The notes beneath the pieces were generated by a model, which was not told where the DNA came from, searched no databases, and worked only from the letters and a program-made list of their open reading frames with translations. Positions 1-12,802 of a stretch of 64,000 nucleotides of DNA are shown here, in pieces; the first letter of the stretch is position 1, and each line of letters begins with the position of its first letter. The stretch covers positions 25,854,001 to 25,918,000 of the forward strand of contig NC_043018.1 of the NCBI RefSeq assembly GCF_006345805.1, in the 5' to 3' direction. The DNA comes from Octopus sinensis. Its lineage: Eukaryota. The translations under genes and the position numbers were made by a program.

Positions 1-521
1 GCATCAGCTTCATCTTCTAGATTTCAGCTGATATCGCTGTTTTAAAATAATATTTAGGTTTGTTTATTGCTACGTGTAGCTTCTTCTCTTATTCTGGTTT
101 GTTTTATTTTTTTCTTTACACTTATTATTATTTTAGTTTAGCTTTAGTTTTTAACGAATCATTATCTTTAAGATGACGTTAGTTTTTTTTTTATTATTTT
201 GTTTACAGTGAAAATATATTAAAATGGAATGATTTATTCAATTATGTTTCTATGTTTGTTATCACTTTTACGTGTTATCGCTAGCTTTTCAAATATACTT
301 TCTGACGGTTCAAGAATCTGTTGCGGCTGTTGTTGTTGTAGTTGTTGTTTCGTCGAAGTAGTAGTTGTTGTTGTTGGTTGTTGTTTTTTTTTTTAGCAGA
401 CACTACTAGCAAATAGATGCAGTAAATATAGGAGTCTACGAGGGAACTCTAACGCGCTTGACAAAGCAACGAAATCTGCCTCAAATCTCCTTCAATTAAC
501 ACAATGCTTGATAATATAGGG

Positions 522-862
522 GCACGGTTGGCTGTGGAGTCAGAAGTTTGCTTCCCAACCACACGGTTCTCGGTTCAGTCCCACTGCTAAGCACCTCTGA
601 TAAGGGCCTTCTACTCCAGCCTTAGGCCAACCAAAGACCTTTGAGTCGATTTGGTAGACGGAAACTTGAAAACTGAAAGAAGCCTGCCGTATAAATATAT
701 ATAACTTAGCGATTCGGCAAACGACCCGATAGAATATGTACGATTACACAAAAATAGAATATGCACAATTACACAAAAAACAAAAGTCAGTCCATTCGTT
801 CGAGTAAAATTCTTCAAGGCAGTGCTCCAGTATGGCCTTAGTCTAACGGGTGAAGCAAATAT
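522..862 (+). mobile_element. tRNA-derived SINE family A, internally deleted copy
   Basis: Head ggttggctgtgg...ggttcagtcccactgc, body gatttggtagacggaaac, tail ggcagtgctccagtatggcc; matches the many copies in this window. Confidence 0.8.
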
Positions 863-903
863 AAATATATTAAACATAAATATGAATATAATTCCAGATA
901 TAT

Positions 904-1078
904 AGGCTCAGGAAATGCTGTGTGGTAAGTAGGTTGCTTACCAATCACATGGCTCCGGGTTCAGCCCCATTGCGTGGTACCTTGGGTAAATGTCTTCTAC
1001 TATAACCTCGTGCCAACCAAATCCTTGTGAGTGGATTTGGTAGACGGAAACTGAAAGAAGCCTGTCGTATATATGTAT

Positions 1079-1112
<34 letters not shown>

Positions 1113-1290
1113 ATATATATATATATATGTATGTATATGTATGTGAGTGTGTTTGTATGTGTGTATGTATGTATGTATATGTTTGTCTATGCTTGTCCCC
1201 TCACCATCGCTTGACAACTGATGTTGGTGTGTTCATGTCCCCGTAACTTAGCGGTTCGGCAAAGAGACCGATAGAATAAGTACTAAGCTG
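904..1290 (+). mobile_element. SINE family A, 3'-truncated, internal (TA)n/(TG)n
   Basis: A-box-like gctgtgtggtaag and B-box-like gggttcagcccc; CORE-like ccttgggtaaatgtctt; body ends at gatagaataagtactaag. Confidence 0.85.
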
Positions 1291-1353
1291 CTATTTCTAA
1301 CTGGTCAAGTTAACGTACAGAGAGAGATAGAGAGAAAGAGAGAGAGAGGTTAA

Positions 1354-1669
1354 GGTGGTGGTGGTGGTGGGTGGTGGTGGTGGTGGTGGTGGTGGTGATG
1401 ATGTTACTGTCGTTATTATTGTTGTTGCTGATGATGAAGAGAAGGAGGAAGATGATAAGGAGGATGATGATGACATTGATGATAATGGTGACCATGGTGA
1501 CGATGATGTTCATGATGATAATGTTCCTCATATTGATGCTGATGCTGCTGATGCTGCTGATGATAATGACGGTGTAGATTATGATAATGATTGGAAGGAA
1601 GTGATTGAGGATATGGCGGAGGAGGTGGAGGAGGAGGAGGAGGAGGACGACGACGACGACGACGACGAC

Positions 1670-1734
<65 letters not shown>

Positions 1735-1817
1735 CGATGACGATGACGATGATGCTGATGATGATGATGAATGATGATGATGATGATGATGATGACGACG
1801 ATGACGATGATGATGAC

Positions 1818-1849
<32 letters not shown>

Positions 1850-1872
1850 TGGTGATGATGATGATGATGATT
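1354..1872. repeat. Compound (GGT)n/(GAT)n/(GAC)n trinucleotide tract
   Basis: Direct reading of sequence; source of the poly-D, poly-M and poly-H pseudo-ORFs. Confidence 0.95.
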
Positions 1873-2264
1873 TGAAAATATGATTTCATGAGGATTCTCA
1901 CTGTTCTTTCTAGCAGAGCAAGACACTGCGTGGAGCTTACCAAGCTGCCATATGGTCACCATCCGCCGTCGTCGTCCCTTTCGTTCTTGCCCTTGTTGTT
2001 GATGTTGTTGTTACCCTTCCCTGTTATTGCTGTTGTTGATTAATAGCTGACAAATCACAAATGACTGACTAATTGACCATATATCATTAATTAAAGTGAG
2101 ATCTTTAATTACAACACTAATAGAAACGGTTTAGCATCATTAACCAAAAGTTCTTGGCGTTCGCGATGTTATTTGTTTGTTTTTTTGTTTGTTTACTTAT
2201 TGCTTGTTTGTTGTTGTTGGTTTTGTTTCCATCTGAAATCTCAGTTGTGTGACAAATACACCCA

Positions 2265-3200
2265 AACCCTCACAACACACACACACACACACACACACAC
2301 AACACACACACACACACACACGACACATACACGCAACATACGCGCAACTTACAACGTTACGTATACAATACACACGCAACATACACACAAAATGCACACG
2401 CACACTACACTACACTACACATACAACACACACACAACATACACACACGCAATATGCACATAACATACACATACCACACTACAGATACAACACACACACA
2501 CACACAACATACACAAAACATACACATAACACACACAACATACACACACGCACAACATACACACACACAACATACACACACACAACATACACACATAAAC
2601 ATTATACACACGCACAACATACACATACACATACACACACACACCATACACACACACACCATACATACACACAAACATACACACACACAACATACACACA
2701 CACAACGTACACACATAAGCAATATACACACACACAACATACACATACACATACACACACACAAACATACACGCACACAAACATACACACACACAACATA
2801 CACACACACAACATGCACACATAAACAATATACACACACACACCATACACACACACAACATACACACATAAACAATATACACAAACACAACATACACATA
2901 CACATACACACCCACAAACATACACACACACAACATACACACACACAACATACACACACACCATACACACACACAACATACACACACACAACATACACAC
3001 ACACCATACACACACACAACATACACACACACAACATACACACACACCATACACACACACAACATGCACACATAAACAATATACACACACACAACATACA
3101 CATACACATACACACACACAAACATACACACACACAAACATACACAACATAATGCACACACAGACGGAAGGCACACACACACACACACACACACAGAAAC
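2265..3200. repeat. CA-rich degenerate minisatellite (acacacaacatac-type units)
   Basis: Recurrent acacacaacatac and cataaacaatatac blocks. Confidence 0.9.
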
Positions 3201-3549
3201 ACACATCTATGCGCGTACATACGTCAGATGATAAGCCGTATGCATGGCAACAGAAGGTCGTATATGCGCAGGTTATCAGAAAACGTGAAAGTGACAGCAC
3301 CATAGAATACCATACAGGGCTGCCTTGGAAATGCAACCGATTTATGGGTTCTCACTTTGGAGAGTATATCTATAAAGCCCAGAAAATTACAATAAAGTAC
3401 CCTGAATACAAAAAGGTTACGACACCAGGTGGGGAATTAATAGTGGCCGCGGAGAGTTGGGCATAGTTGTATACGCGCAAGCGTGGTTGTGCCTTTAAGA
3501 AGCCCTCCTTCTCTTCATCATTAGCAACAACAATAATAATGACAGTAGC

Positions 3550-3555
3550 ATCACC

Positions 3556-3589
<34 letters not shown>

Positions 3590-4042
3590 TCATCATCATA
3601 ATCATCATCATCATCATCATCACTGTCATCATAATCATCATCATTGTCATCATAATCATCATCATCATCATCATCACTGTCATCATAATCATCATCACTG
3701 TCATCATAATCATCATCATCATCGTCATCATAATCATCATCATCATCATCATCACTGTCATCATAATCATCATCATCGTCATCATCATCATCATCATCAC
3801 ATCATCACTGTCATCATAATCATCATCATCGTCATCATAATCATCATCATCATCATCATCACTGTCATCATAATCATCATCATCGTCATCATAATCATCA
3901 TCATCATCATCATCACTGTCATCATAATCATCATCATCGTCATCATAATCATCATCATCATCATCATCACTGTCATCATAATCATCATCATCGTCATCAT
4001 AATCATCATCATCATCACCATCACTGTCACCACCACCACCAA
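3550..4042. repeat. (CAT)n array with ~54-bp higher-order unit
   Basis: Repeated catcactgtcatcataatcatcatcatcgtcatcataat blocks. Confidence 0.9.
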
Positions 4043-4149
4043 CTTAAACTCTCTCTCTCACTCTCTCTCTCTCTCTCTCACTCTCTCTGTACGTTAACTT
4101 GACCATTTAGAAATAGCAGCCTAGTACTTATTCTATCGGTCTCTTTGCA

Positions 4150-4268
4150 ACCAGGTGCAAGCCCACTGCTGACACTGCTTGAGCAATTGTCTTCTACTAC
4201 AGTCTCCTGGAGATAGAAGCTTTGTGAGTAGATTTGGTAGAGAGAAACTGTGAGAAAATCCGTCATAT
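4150..4268 (+). mobile_element. Degenerate SINE family A fragment
   Basis: cccactgc...ttgtcttctactacag...ctttgtgagtagatttggtagagagaaactg. Confidence 0.65.
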
Positions 4269-4538
4269 GTATGCACTCCCATATGTTACATATTTATTAT
4301 ATACCTTGATACTGTGTAGACTAAAATCTCCGTTGACGGTCCGTTCAAAGATTAACTGCTGCATTTGTTGAGTATATAAACAGTTTCGCTGATTGTTTCT
4401 CTGAGAACTGTCAGAATGGTGTAGGTACCTCTGATGACAACTCAAGAAGGTTCGAAAATCAGCTGAGGTTTTCATCATTTTTTTTCAGTTTGTGGAGAAA
4501 TGGCTAAAAAATTGCCCTGTTTATAATTTTACCATATG

Positions 4539-4589
<51 letters not shown>

Positions 4590-4638
4590 CCTCGATTTTC
4601 CAACACCTCTGATCGCGTACAAATCGTCATTTATATAG

Positions 4639-4694
<56 letters not shown>

Positions 4695-4867
4695 AAGACA
4701 TACATACATACATACATACATACATACACAGAACAATCGAACAAATATAGTTAACTTAACTAAATGAGTGAATAGTCAAGTAGACAGACAGGCAGACGGA
4801 CAAACAGACAGACGTATACATACATACATTATCGATATATATAGTAGATCAGGAGATAGATAATAGC

Positions 4868-4923
<56 letters not shown>

Positions 4924-5562
4924 CAAATATATGCGTGTTTCGTATACATGTCTAGAAAATCTATAAGAATGTGTGTTTGTGAGTGTATGTATGTATGTAT
5001 ATATATATAGATATATATATATATATAATATATATATATATATTATATATATATATATTTGTATGTATGTATGTATGTATATATATATATATATATTATC
5101 AGTATGCATTTTTATTTTCAACGCATGCATGAAAATATATATATAGGTATATGTGTGTGTGTATGTATGTATGTATGTATGTATGTATGTATGTATGTAT
5201 GTATGTATGTATATACGTACGTGTGTGAGTGTAGATATATATCTCTTTATCCACTTCACGTACATCACCTTACCTAACAGAACAAACACAAAAAGAAACA
5301 TTACAAAAATAATATGGCTGCCTCAAATTAACAATAGCGGTTTCGTGAAATATATTTTTTTATAGAGTTGAAGAACAAGTAAAATGACTTGTAAATGGGA
5401 AATATATATTGCATTAAGACAATAAAGGACGAGAAATGATTACATGTCCTTCAATAACAAACATGATAATTCAAAAGATTTGCTAAAGCTTCTTTATTAC
5501 TTCGTTGCTATACGCATTATCATTTATCTACTGTCCCGTGTATCGATTAGGTCGCATATTTA

Positions 5563-5642
<80 letters not shown>

Positions 5643-5702
5643 AGAGAGAGAGAGAGAAAAAGAGAAAGAGTGTATTTAAGAATTATTTCGTAGAGTAATA
5701 TC

Positions 5703-5846
5703 ATCAGTGGCCACTTAGACATCTGTGCACAAGGAAAATTCACAACAGTCACCTTTCACAAAATAAATGAAGAAAGCGACATACTTCGAAAGGCAAAAGA
5801 AGAATATTTTATAAGGTTTCTGAATTCGAAACTAAATCGTGAATAA
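5703..5846 (+). pseudogene. Penelope-like element GIY-YIG endonuclease C-terminal fragment
   Basis: Manual translation ISGHLDICAQGKFTTVTFHKINEESDILRKAKEEYFIRFLNSKLNRE*; matches the PLE pattern S.H...C....F...F..R...E.YFI....LN and the copy at 33126-33440. Confidence 0.7.
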
Positions 5847-6153
5847 TCAACAGCTTCCGCTATATACAATAACCATAAACACGTGCTTGATGACGCTGAG
5901 AACATTTATTAAAGCCGACACACAATTTGTTGAAATTCCTTCTTAAAGGTAGGTACTATTCTGCTCTCTAAAAAGTTTCTTTCTTAATCTTAACTTTTTA
6001 AAAAATCTTTCTCCCTCTCTCTCTATATATATATATCTATCGCTCACTTTCTCACTCTCGCTCTCTCTCTTACACGCACTCTCTCTCTCTCTCCTCTCTC
6101 TCTCTCTCAATCTCTCTCTCCCTCTTGCTGTGTATATATATATATATATATAT

Positions 6154-6380
6154 ATTCTTTACTGCCCATAAGGGGGTAAACATAGAGGAGACAAACAAAC
6201 AGACAAGGGGATTAAGTCGATTACATCGACCCCAGTGCGAAACTGGTACTTTATTTATCGACCCCGAAAGGATGAAAGGCAAAGTCGACCTCGGCGAAAT
6301 TTGAACTCAGAACGTAACGACAGACGAAATACTGCTAAGCATTTCGCCCGGCGTGATAACGCTTCTGCCAGCTCGCCGCC
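6154..6380 (-). mobile_element. SINE family B, near full length (tail type 1)
   Basis: Reverse complement ggcggcgagctggcagaa...gagttcaaatt...gcctttcatcctttcggggtcgataaat...ccccttatgggcagtaaagaat. Confidence 0.9.
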
Positions 6381-6397
6381 TTTCATATATATATATA

Positions 6398-6640
6398 TAG
6401 TACAAATTTACAGAAAACAAAAGACGAAGGCAGGTGAGGGAACCACCAGCAGGTGTATTAGTTTGACGCTTGAGAAAAATGGAAAAGTCTTTGACATTTC
6501 AAGCCTACGCTCTTCGCCAGAAAGGTTTGAGAGAACGAGGGAAATGGATAGAGGAAAAAATGTGGTGGGTTAACGGTTCAGCATGGGGAGATGACCAGAA
6601 GAAAGAGGCTGAGTGAAAGGGAGATAATAACAGTGACCTG
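6398..6640 (-). mobile_element. Probable Penelope pLTR remnant with decayed hammerhead-like motif
   Basis: Minus strand ttctggcgaagagcgtaggcttgaaatgtcaaaga resembles CTGACGA-stem-GAAACGTC with core substitutions; ends in (TA)n. Confidence 0.5.
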
Positions 6641-7116
6641 GCTAAATAGAGTGCGCAAGCATGTGTGAGTGCGTAAGAATGTTGTGTGTGAGTGTGTATG
6701 TTTGAATGGGACGAGTGTGAATGTATGTGTGGGGGAACTTAAAATTCCATGGTCCATTGTGTACGAATGGGAACCTCTGTGTGTAAGTATATAAGTAACC
6801 CAGTGCGTGCATTGTGTAGTGATGTGTGTTTCGGGTATTTATGTGTGTGTGAGTGTGGACTTGTGTATGTGTGTGAAGCTGTGTATTGTATGGGTGTGAG
6901 GTTACTGTGCGTGTCTGAGTGTGCGTGTGTGTGAGCAAACGCTTGTGTGAAGCAGTTAATGTGTTCGAGTGGTGTGTACATGTGTGTGTGTGTGGTGTGT
7001 GTGCATGTGCTAGTGGATCAAGTGTGTGTAGACCTTATAGTGTGATGTCTATTGTGTATGTTTGTGTGCGAACGTAGTATGTGTCTATGCGAGTTGTGTG
7101 TGTGTGTGTATAGTGA

Positions 7117-7452
7117 AGGCGCGTGGATCAGTGGTTACAGCGTCGAGCTTACGATCGTGAGGTTGTAAGTTCGAAACCCCGGGCCGGGCAGCGTGTTGTG
7201 TTTTTGAGCAAGACACTTTATTTCACGTTGCTCCAGTTCACTCAGCTGTAGAAATGAGTTGCGACGTCACAGGTGCCAAGCTGTATCGGCCCCTTTGCCT
7301 TTCCCTTGGATAACACTGGTGGCGTGGAGAGGGGAGGCCGGTATGCATGGGTGACTGCTGGTCTTCCATAAACAACCTTGCATGGACTTGTGCCTAGGAG
7401 GGTAACTTTCTAGGTGCAATCCCATAGTCAGTCATGACTGAAGGGGGTCTCC
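7117..7452 (+). mobile_element. tRNA-derived SINE family C, tail variant 1
   Basis: ggcgcgtggatcagtggtt...gttcgaaaccc head; core tgtgtttttgagcaagacactt...ctccagttcactcagctg; partial second copy at 39140-39390. Confidence 0.85.
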
Positions 7453-7523
7453 GCATACATGTATGTATATATGTTTATGTCTGTGTGTATATATGTATGT
7501 ATATATATATATATACGTGTGTG

Positions 7524-7561
<38 letters not shown>

Positions 7562-7595
7562 AAGAGAAACAGACATAGAGACAGACAGACACACA

Positions 7596-7633
<38 letters not shown>

Positions 7634-8021
7634 TCGGCAAACAAATATATTTAAACAGGATAAAATGTTCAAAATATTAAAAAGAAAATGCACAAGTTCG
7701 TAACTCGAGAGCTGTTTTAGAAAGCTTTGAGTTACGTCATGATTGTGGTTTTCTTAATTTGCAGACAGAAGACGCCAAGAACTTTAATATGCAACCACTA
7801 AACAGTCAAACGGAGATATTACAATAAGACCGGCTACCCTCATCAAGAGGGATGGCAAAAGCAGTTCCAGTGGTAATGTCGGAGGTGTAAACGGCTGAAG
7901 GGAGAAATGGGGAAGAATAAGAACAAAAGGCGGGTAGAGGGAGGAGATTTCTATGACGCAGGGCGAATGAAATGAGGTGGAACAGATGAAACAGAGAGAG
8001 AAGGGTGAAGGGAAAATTAAA

Positions 8022-8239
8022 CTCTTTTAATTGTTTTAGTCACTTGACTGTGACCATGCTGGAGCACCGCCTTTAGTCGGACAAATCGACCCCAGGACTT
8101 ATTCTTTGTAAGTCTAGTACTTATTCAATCGGTCCCTTTTGCCGAACCGCTAAGTTACGGGGACGTAAACACACTAGCATCGGGTGTCACGCGATGGTGG
8201 GAGGACAAACACAGACACACATAATACATACATATATGT

Positions 8240-8336
<97 letters not shown>

Positions 8337-8968
8337 TATATATATATATATGTATATATGGTATTTTTTATATAATATATATATATATATATATCTAATA
8401 AATATATATATGTGTATACACACGACGGACTTCCTCCAGTTTCCGTCTGCCAAATCCACTCACAATGCTTTGGGTCGACCCGAGGCTATAGTAGACGTCA
8501 TCTGCACAAGGTACCACGCAGTGGGACTGAACCCGGAACCATGTGGTTGAGAAGCAAGCTTCTTTATTTCATTATATTGGCCATAAGGCTTTACACAGAG
8601 AAAGGAAGCTGTGGGCTGGACGCAGAGATAATGTGATATTAAATGAAATTAAAAATGATGATTAATGGGGGAAAAAACGACGCCCGCCGATCGATTTTTC
8701 CCGAGGACATTGATCTCTTGTTTATAGTTCAAGAGGCAACAAACCTCTACACTGTTCACAATATTTAATAACAAAAGGAACTTTCAATAACACTGAGGCT
8801 TTTCAACCTCTTATCCATATTCCTCCTCAACATCGCTTGTGCCCGCATTCTCGGCCATCACCCACACCTCATTCAAGATCAAAGCGTGTGCCGTGTTGGC
8901 GTCGCCCAGATACAAGCGATATTTCTCATTGGGAAGCAAGCCTCTTGCCACACATTCACTCCTGCACC
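8022..8968 (-). mobile_element. SINE family A interrupted in its tRNA head by an insertion at 8565-8928
   Basis: Tail at 8022, body to 8564, remaining head (ccacacattcactcctgcacc) at 8929-8968. Confidence 0.8.
8565..8928 (-). mobile_element. 5'-truncated non-LTR retroelement 3' end (possibly Tx1/L1-like) with 18-bp TSD
   Basis: Flanked by ttgagaagcaagcttctt (8547-8564) and ttgggaagcaagcctctt (8929-8946). Carries a short C-terminal ORF piece and a 3' end resembling the SINE B tail. Confidence 0.6.
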
Positions 8969-8997
8969 TATATATGTGTGTATGTGTGTGCGTGTAT

Positions 8998-9047
<50 letters not shown>

Positions 9048-9071
9048 GTATGTATGTATGTATACATATAT

Positions 9072-9645
9072 CTTTTTTTCTCTCTAGCTTCAGCTCAGAG
9101 CTTCGGCCATGCCGATGCACCGCCGTTTTGCTACGCTGTTATTACTAAGAGCCTCCTCTAATAAGTGACACTTGGTAAAGAATGGAGTTTGATATAGCTA
9201 CCCTCATTTGCACCTCTTGTCGTGAGGTAGGTTCATCTGGGACTCTCGAGGGGAAGAGGTCCAGCTTTGATTTAAATACCCCTACATCTACTTTGTGCGA
9301 GTTCCTCAGACTTTTTGGGAGAATAATAAAAAGCTACGCGCCCTTGAAACCCAGACTGTTGCAGTAACTGGTCCTGAAGCGTGATGGCATTGCTGGGATC
9401 TTTGGCACTATGCAGTGTTGTCCCGTTCAGGCATTGGTGTAGCTTTCAATGCCAAAATTTGGCACAATTCCTTCCAGGATCTTCCAGATTATATATTCTG
9501 CATACATACCTCTCCCGTCTTCTCATTCTCACCAGGAGTAGAGTCTTAGCTATTTCAACCTTTCCCAGTAGCTGAGCTGTTGCAAAGAGACGATCTTCTT
9601 TGTGAATCTTCTCTGGATTGCTTCAAGGTCCGCTGTTATGTGTTG
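9072..9645 (-). mobile_element. CR1/L2-clade LINE 3' fragment (RT C-terminus plus 3' tail), frameshifted
   Basis: Minus-strand translation [25 protein letters not shown]...RRRERY...WKILEGIVPNFGI...SYCNSLGFKG; homologous to 32270-32945. Confidence 0.8.
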
Positions 9646-9651
9646 TATATG

Positions 9652-9683
<32 letters not shown>

Positions 9684-9715
9684 ATATATATCTATATATA
9701 TATATATATATATAT

Positions 9716-9778
<63 letters not shown>

Positions 9779-10037
9779 TGTGCGTCTGTCAGCTATAAGG
9801 TCTGCAGATTGACAGAATCATAAGAGCATTTTAAAATATAATTGTGGTATTTTAATTTTCGGATGTCTAAGTTCTGAGTTCAAATCACACCATGGATAGT
9901 TTATTCTTTCAAACTTCCGGTTTTCAAAATACCCGCATAACCAAACACCAAAAAGATGGCCACTCATATGTCGAAATCCATGTGGTATTACATGTATTAA
10001 TGTAAGGATGTATACATGCATGTGCGTATATGTATAT

Positions 10038-10168
10038 ATAAAGTTAGAAATAAAACCACTATTATGCAATTCAAACAGTGATAGACCTAAACCAAAACAT
10101 AATTCATGTTTTGGTTTATGTCTATCACTGTTTCAGTTGCATAATAGTGGTTTTATTTCTAATTTTAT
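10038..10168. repeat. Near-perfect hairpin palindrome, 63-bp arms, 5-nt loop
   Basis: Arms 10038-10100 and 10106-10168 match at 59 of 63 positions; flanked by (TA)-rich DNA; likely an inverted pLTR remnant. Confidence 0.9.
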
Positions 10169-10435
10169 TTTATATATTTATACTGTGAAATTTGATTTAA
10201 TAATAAATTGAATTTTTCCCTGTAAGTTTGGAGTTATACTCCCTAATATTATATATATATATATACGTGTGCTAGCATGCCTGCATATTTGTATATATAT
10301 ACATATGAAAGTATATATGCATGTCTACATACAAGTATGTGACTATCAACGTATAATGTATGTACGTATGTATATATACAAGTACATATGTATGCATGAA
10401 TGTATGTAAATAAGCATGTGCGTATGTTCTCTATC

Positions 10436-10745
10436 TGTTTTTTTTTTATTTAGAATAAATTTTGACCAGCTTCTTAGCAAAAATGTGAAGGAAAGCATCT
10501 TGACTTTGTTCATCATCCTTTAAATCTTAAGAAGGTCTTGCAGATCTTTATGGTCCCAGATATCGTGGCCATTTGTAGCATATGAATTAAGAATTTGTAT
10601 TCTCTTCCCAAATTCCCAAGTTCAGCTATACGTTGCTCCAGACGGGTCGGTATGTATCCTGTTGCTCCAATAACAACAGATATGAAGCTGAAGTTGTATC
10701 TCAGATACTGGATTTGTAGACTCCTTATCAATGGTCGATACGTAC
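10436..10745 (-). mobile_element. RLE-type (R4/Dong/NeSL-like) LINE C-terminal fragment
   Basis: YRPLIRSLQIQYLRYNFSFISVVIGATGYIPTRLEQRIAELG...LQMATISGTIKICKTFLRF*, the typical restriction-like endonuclease LINE terminus, followed by an A-rich tail. Confidence 0.75.
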
Positions 10746-10837
10746 GTATGTATAAAAAATTGCGCGTTAGATATGTCAAAGTGTATTGAAATATACACAG
10801 AGATATTATATATGCATTGAACTTACATGTGTGTGTT

Positions 10838-10946
<109 letters not shown>

Positions 10947-11078
10947 ACAGGAAGAGAGGAGAGAGCAATATATGTTAATTTTAATGTCTATTTATATTAG
11001 TTTGTTTCACACAATTCATTCCGTTTCAGCTATTTATTTTATACGTTTATTGCTCTGATATTGCAATGGAATTAGTGA

Positions 11079-11227
11079 AGGTGCGTGGCTTAGTGGTTAG
11101 GGCATTCGGCTCACGATTGTAAGGTCGTGAGTTCGATTTCAGGCGATGCGTTGTGTCATTGAACAAGACACTTTATTTCATGTTGCTCCAGTCCACTCAG
11201 CTGGCAAAAATGAGTTGTACCTGTATT
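11079..11227 (+). mobile_element. SINE family C, truncated by assembly gap
   Basis: ggtgcgtggcttagtggttagggc...gagttcgatttc...gaacaagacactttatttcatgttgctccagtccactcagctgg. Confidence 0.85.
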
Positions 11228-11327
11228 NNNNNNNNNNNNNNNNNNNNNNNNNNNNNNNNNNNNNNNNNNNNNNNNNNNNNNNNNNNNNNNNNNNNNNNNN
11301 NNNNNNNNNNNNNNNNNNNNNNNNNNN
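11228..11327. other. Assembly gap (100 N)
   Basis: Run of N. Confidence 1.
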
Positions 11328-11402
11328 TAATATTACACGTGAAATAATATTACATACACACACACATACAAACCAGCATACACATACACAGACGTATGCA
11401 TG

Positions 11403-11433
<31 letters not shown>

Positions 11434-11665
11434 ATGGCTGTGTAGTTCCGGGCTCAGTCACGCTGCGTGGCCCCTTGGGCATGCGTCTTCTATTATAGCC
11501 CGCGCCAACGAAAGCCTTGCGAGAGTATTCGGTAGATGGAAACTGATATTAGAAAGTCCTATGTATATATGTTAACGAACGAAAACACTGATAATTATCC
11601 TAAATTTTTACTGCCTCCTTCTCCCCCCTCTCTCTCTCTCTCTTCTCTTCTCTCTCTCTATATAG

Positions 11666-11700
<35 letters not shown>

Positions 11701-11775
11701 GGCCACTGTCTAATGACTGAAACAAGTAAAATATGTGTGGCTGTATATGGCTAAGTATCTATGTATGCATGTATA

Positions 11776-11829
<54 letters not shown>

Positions 11830-12092
11830 CGTGTGTGTGTGTGTTTGTGTGTAATTGTATATGCACATGTGTATGCATGTATGTATATGTGTGAGTGCTT
11901 CAATAAAACATGGTGACTATCAGTTTTAATATTTTGACTTCTCTGCTGTTATTGACCCGACCTCGTTCGTTTGAACAGTTAACCCCTGAACACAGCCATG
12001 TTGCACGATATGTGAATGTGAGTGAGTGTACGCATGCGTGTGCTTGTGTATGCTTGTATACATATAGATTATATATGTATTGTATATATGTT

Positions 12093-12196
<104 letters not shown>

Positions 12197-12452
12197 GTAG
12201 TATTATCTATTATCATACTATATATTATATAAAGATTGATGATGTAAAGCAACAGGTATGTGTTATAAGTGTCTAGTTTGATTTACGACTAAAACACCGG
12301 TTTGAAATGCAACAAATAAAAGGTAGTGCTGAAGCTACCAATCAAAGACGGCTGGAAGTGCTTCACCATTGAGCAGGAAGATATATATCGATTTCAAATT
12401 TTGGCTCAAGTCCAGCAATTTTGAGAGAGGGGATTATTTGGTTACATATATA

Positions 12453-12802
12453 TACGACGGACTTCTTTCAGTTTCCGTCTACCAAATCCACTCACAAAGC
12501 TTTGGTCGTCCCGAGGCTATAGTAGAAGACACTTGCCCATGTTGCCACGCAGTGGGACTGAACCCAGAAACATGTGGTTGGTAAGCAAGCTACTTACCAC
12601 AAGGCCACTCTTGCGCTTCAAAAGATTAAGGTGATATACAGTTAATCCACTCACAAAGCTTTGGTCGTCTCGAGGCTATAGTAGAAGACACTTGCCCATG
12701 TTGCCACGCAATGGGATTGAACCGAGAACCATGTGGTTGGTAAGCAAGCTACTTACCACACAGCCACTCTTGCGCTTCAAAAGATTAAGGTGATATACAG
12801 TT
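12453..12802 (-). mobile_element. SINE family A 5' half within a 159-bp tandem duplication
   Basis: Units 12485-12643 and 12644-12802 are near identical and both include the non-SINE flank ttcaaaagattaaggtgatatacagtt. Confidence 0.85.

Larger units (their letters stand above)
1259..4148. repeat. Local inverted duplication, arms 1259-1448 and 3504-4148
   Basis: 1259-1322 vs reverse complement of 4085-4148 differ at 2 of 64 nt; 1400-1448 vs reverse complement of 3504-3552 differ at 3 of 49 nt. Confidence 0.85.

Noticed and set aside
1355-1943. Acidic poly-D and His-rich ORFs
   Set aside because: (GAT)/(GAC) microsatellite, partly duplicated in inverted orientation; no splice or domain support.
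3220-3466. About 80 stop-free codons of complex sequence (SDDKPYAWQQK...)
   Set aside because: No recognisable domain or clear splice acceptor; the length is within chance expectation.
4427-4470. Hammerhead-like acct-CTGATGA...GAAA...gaggt
   Set aside because: No properly positioned NUH triplet or closing pair; counted only as a decayed relic.
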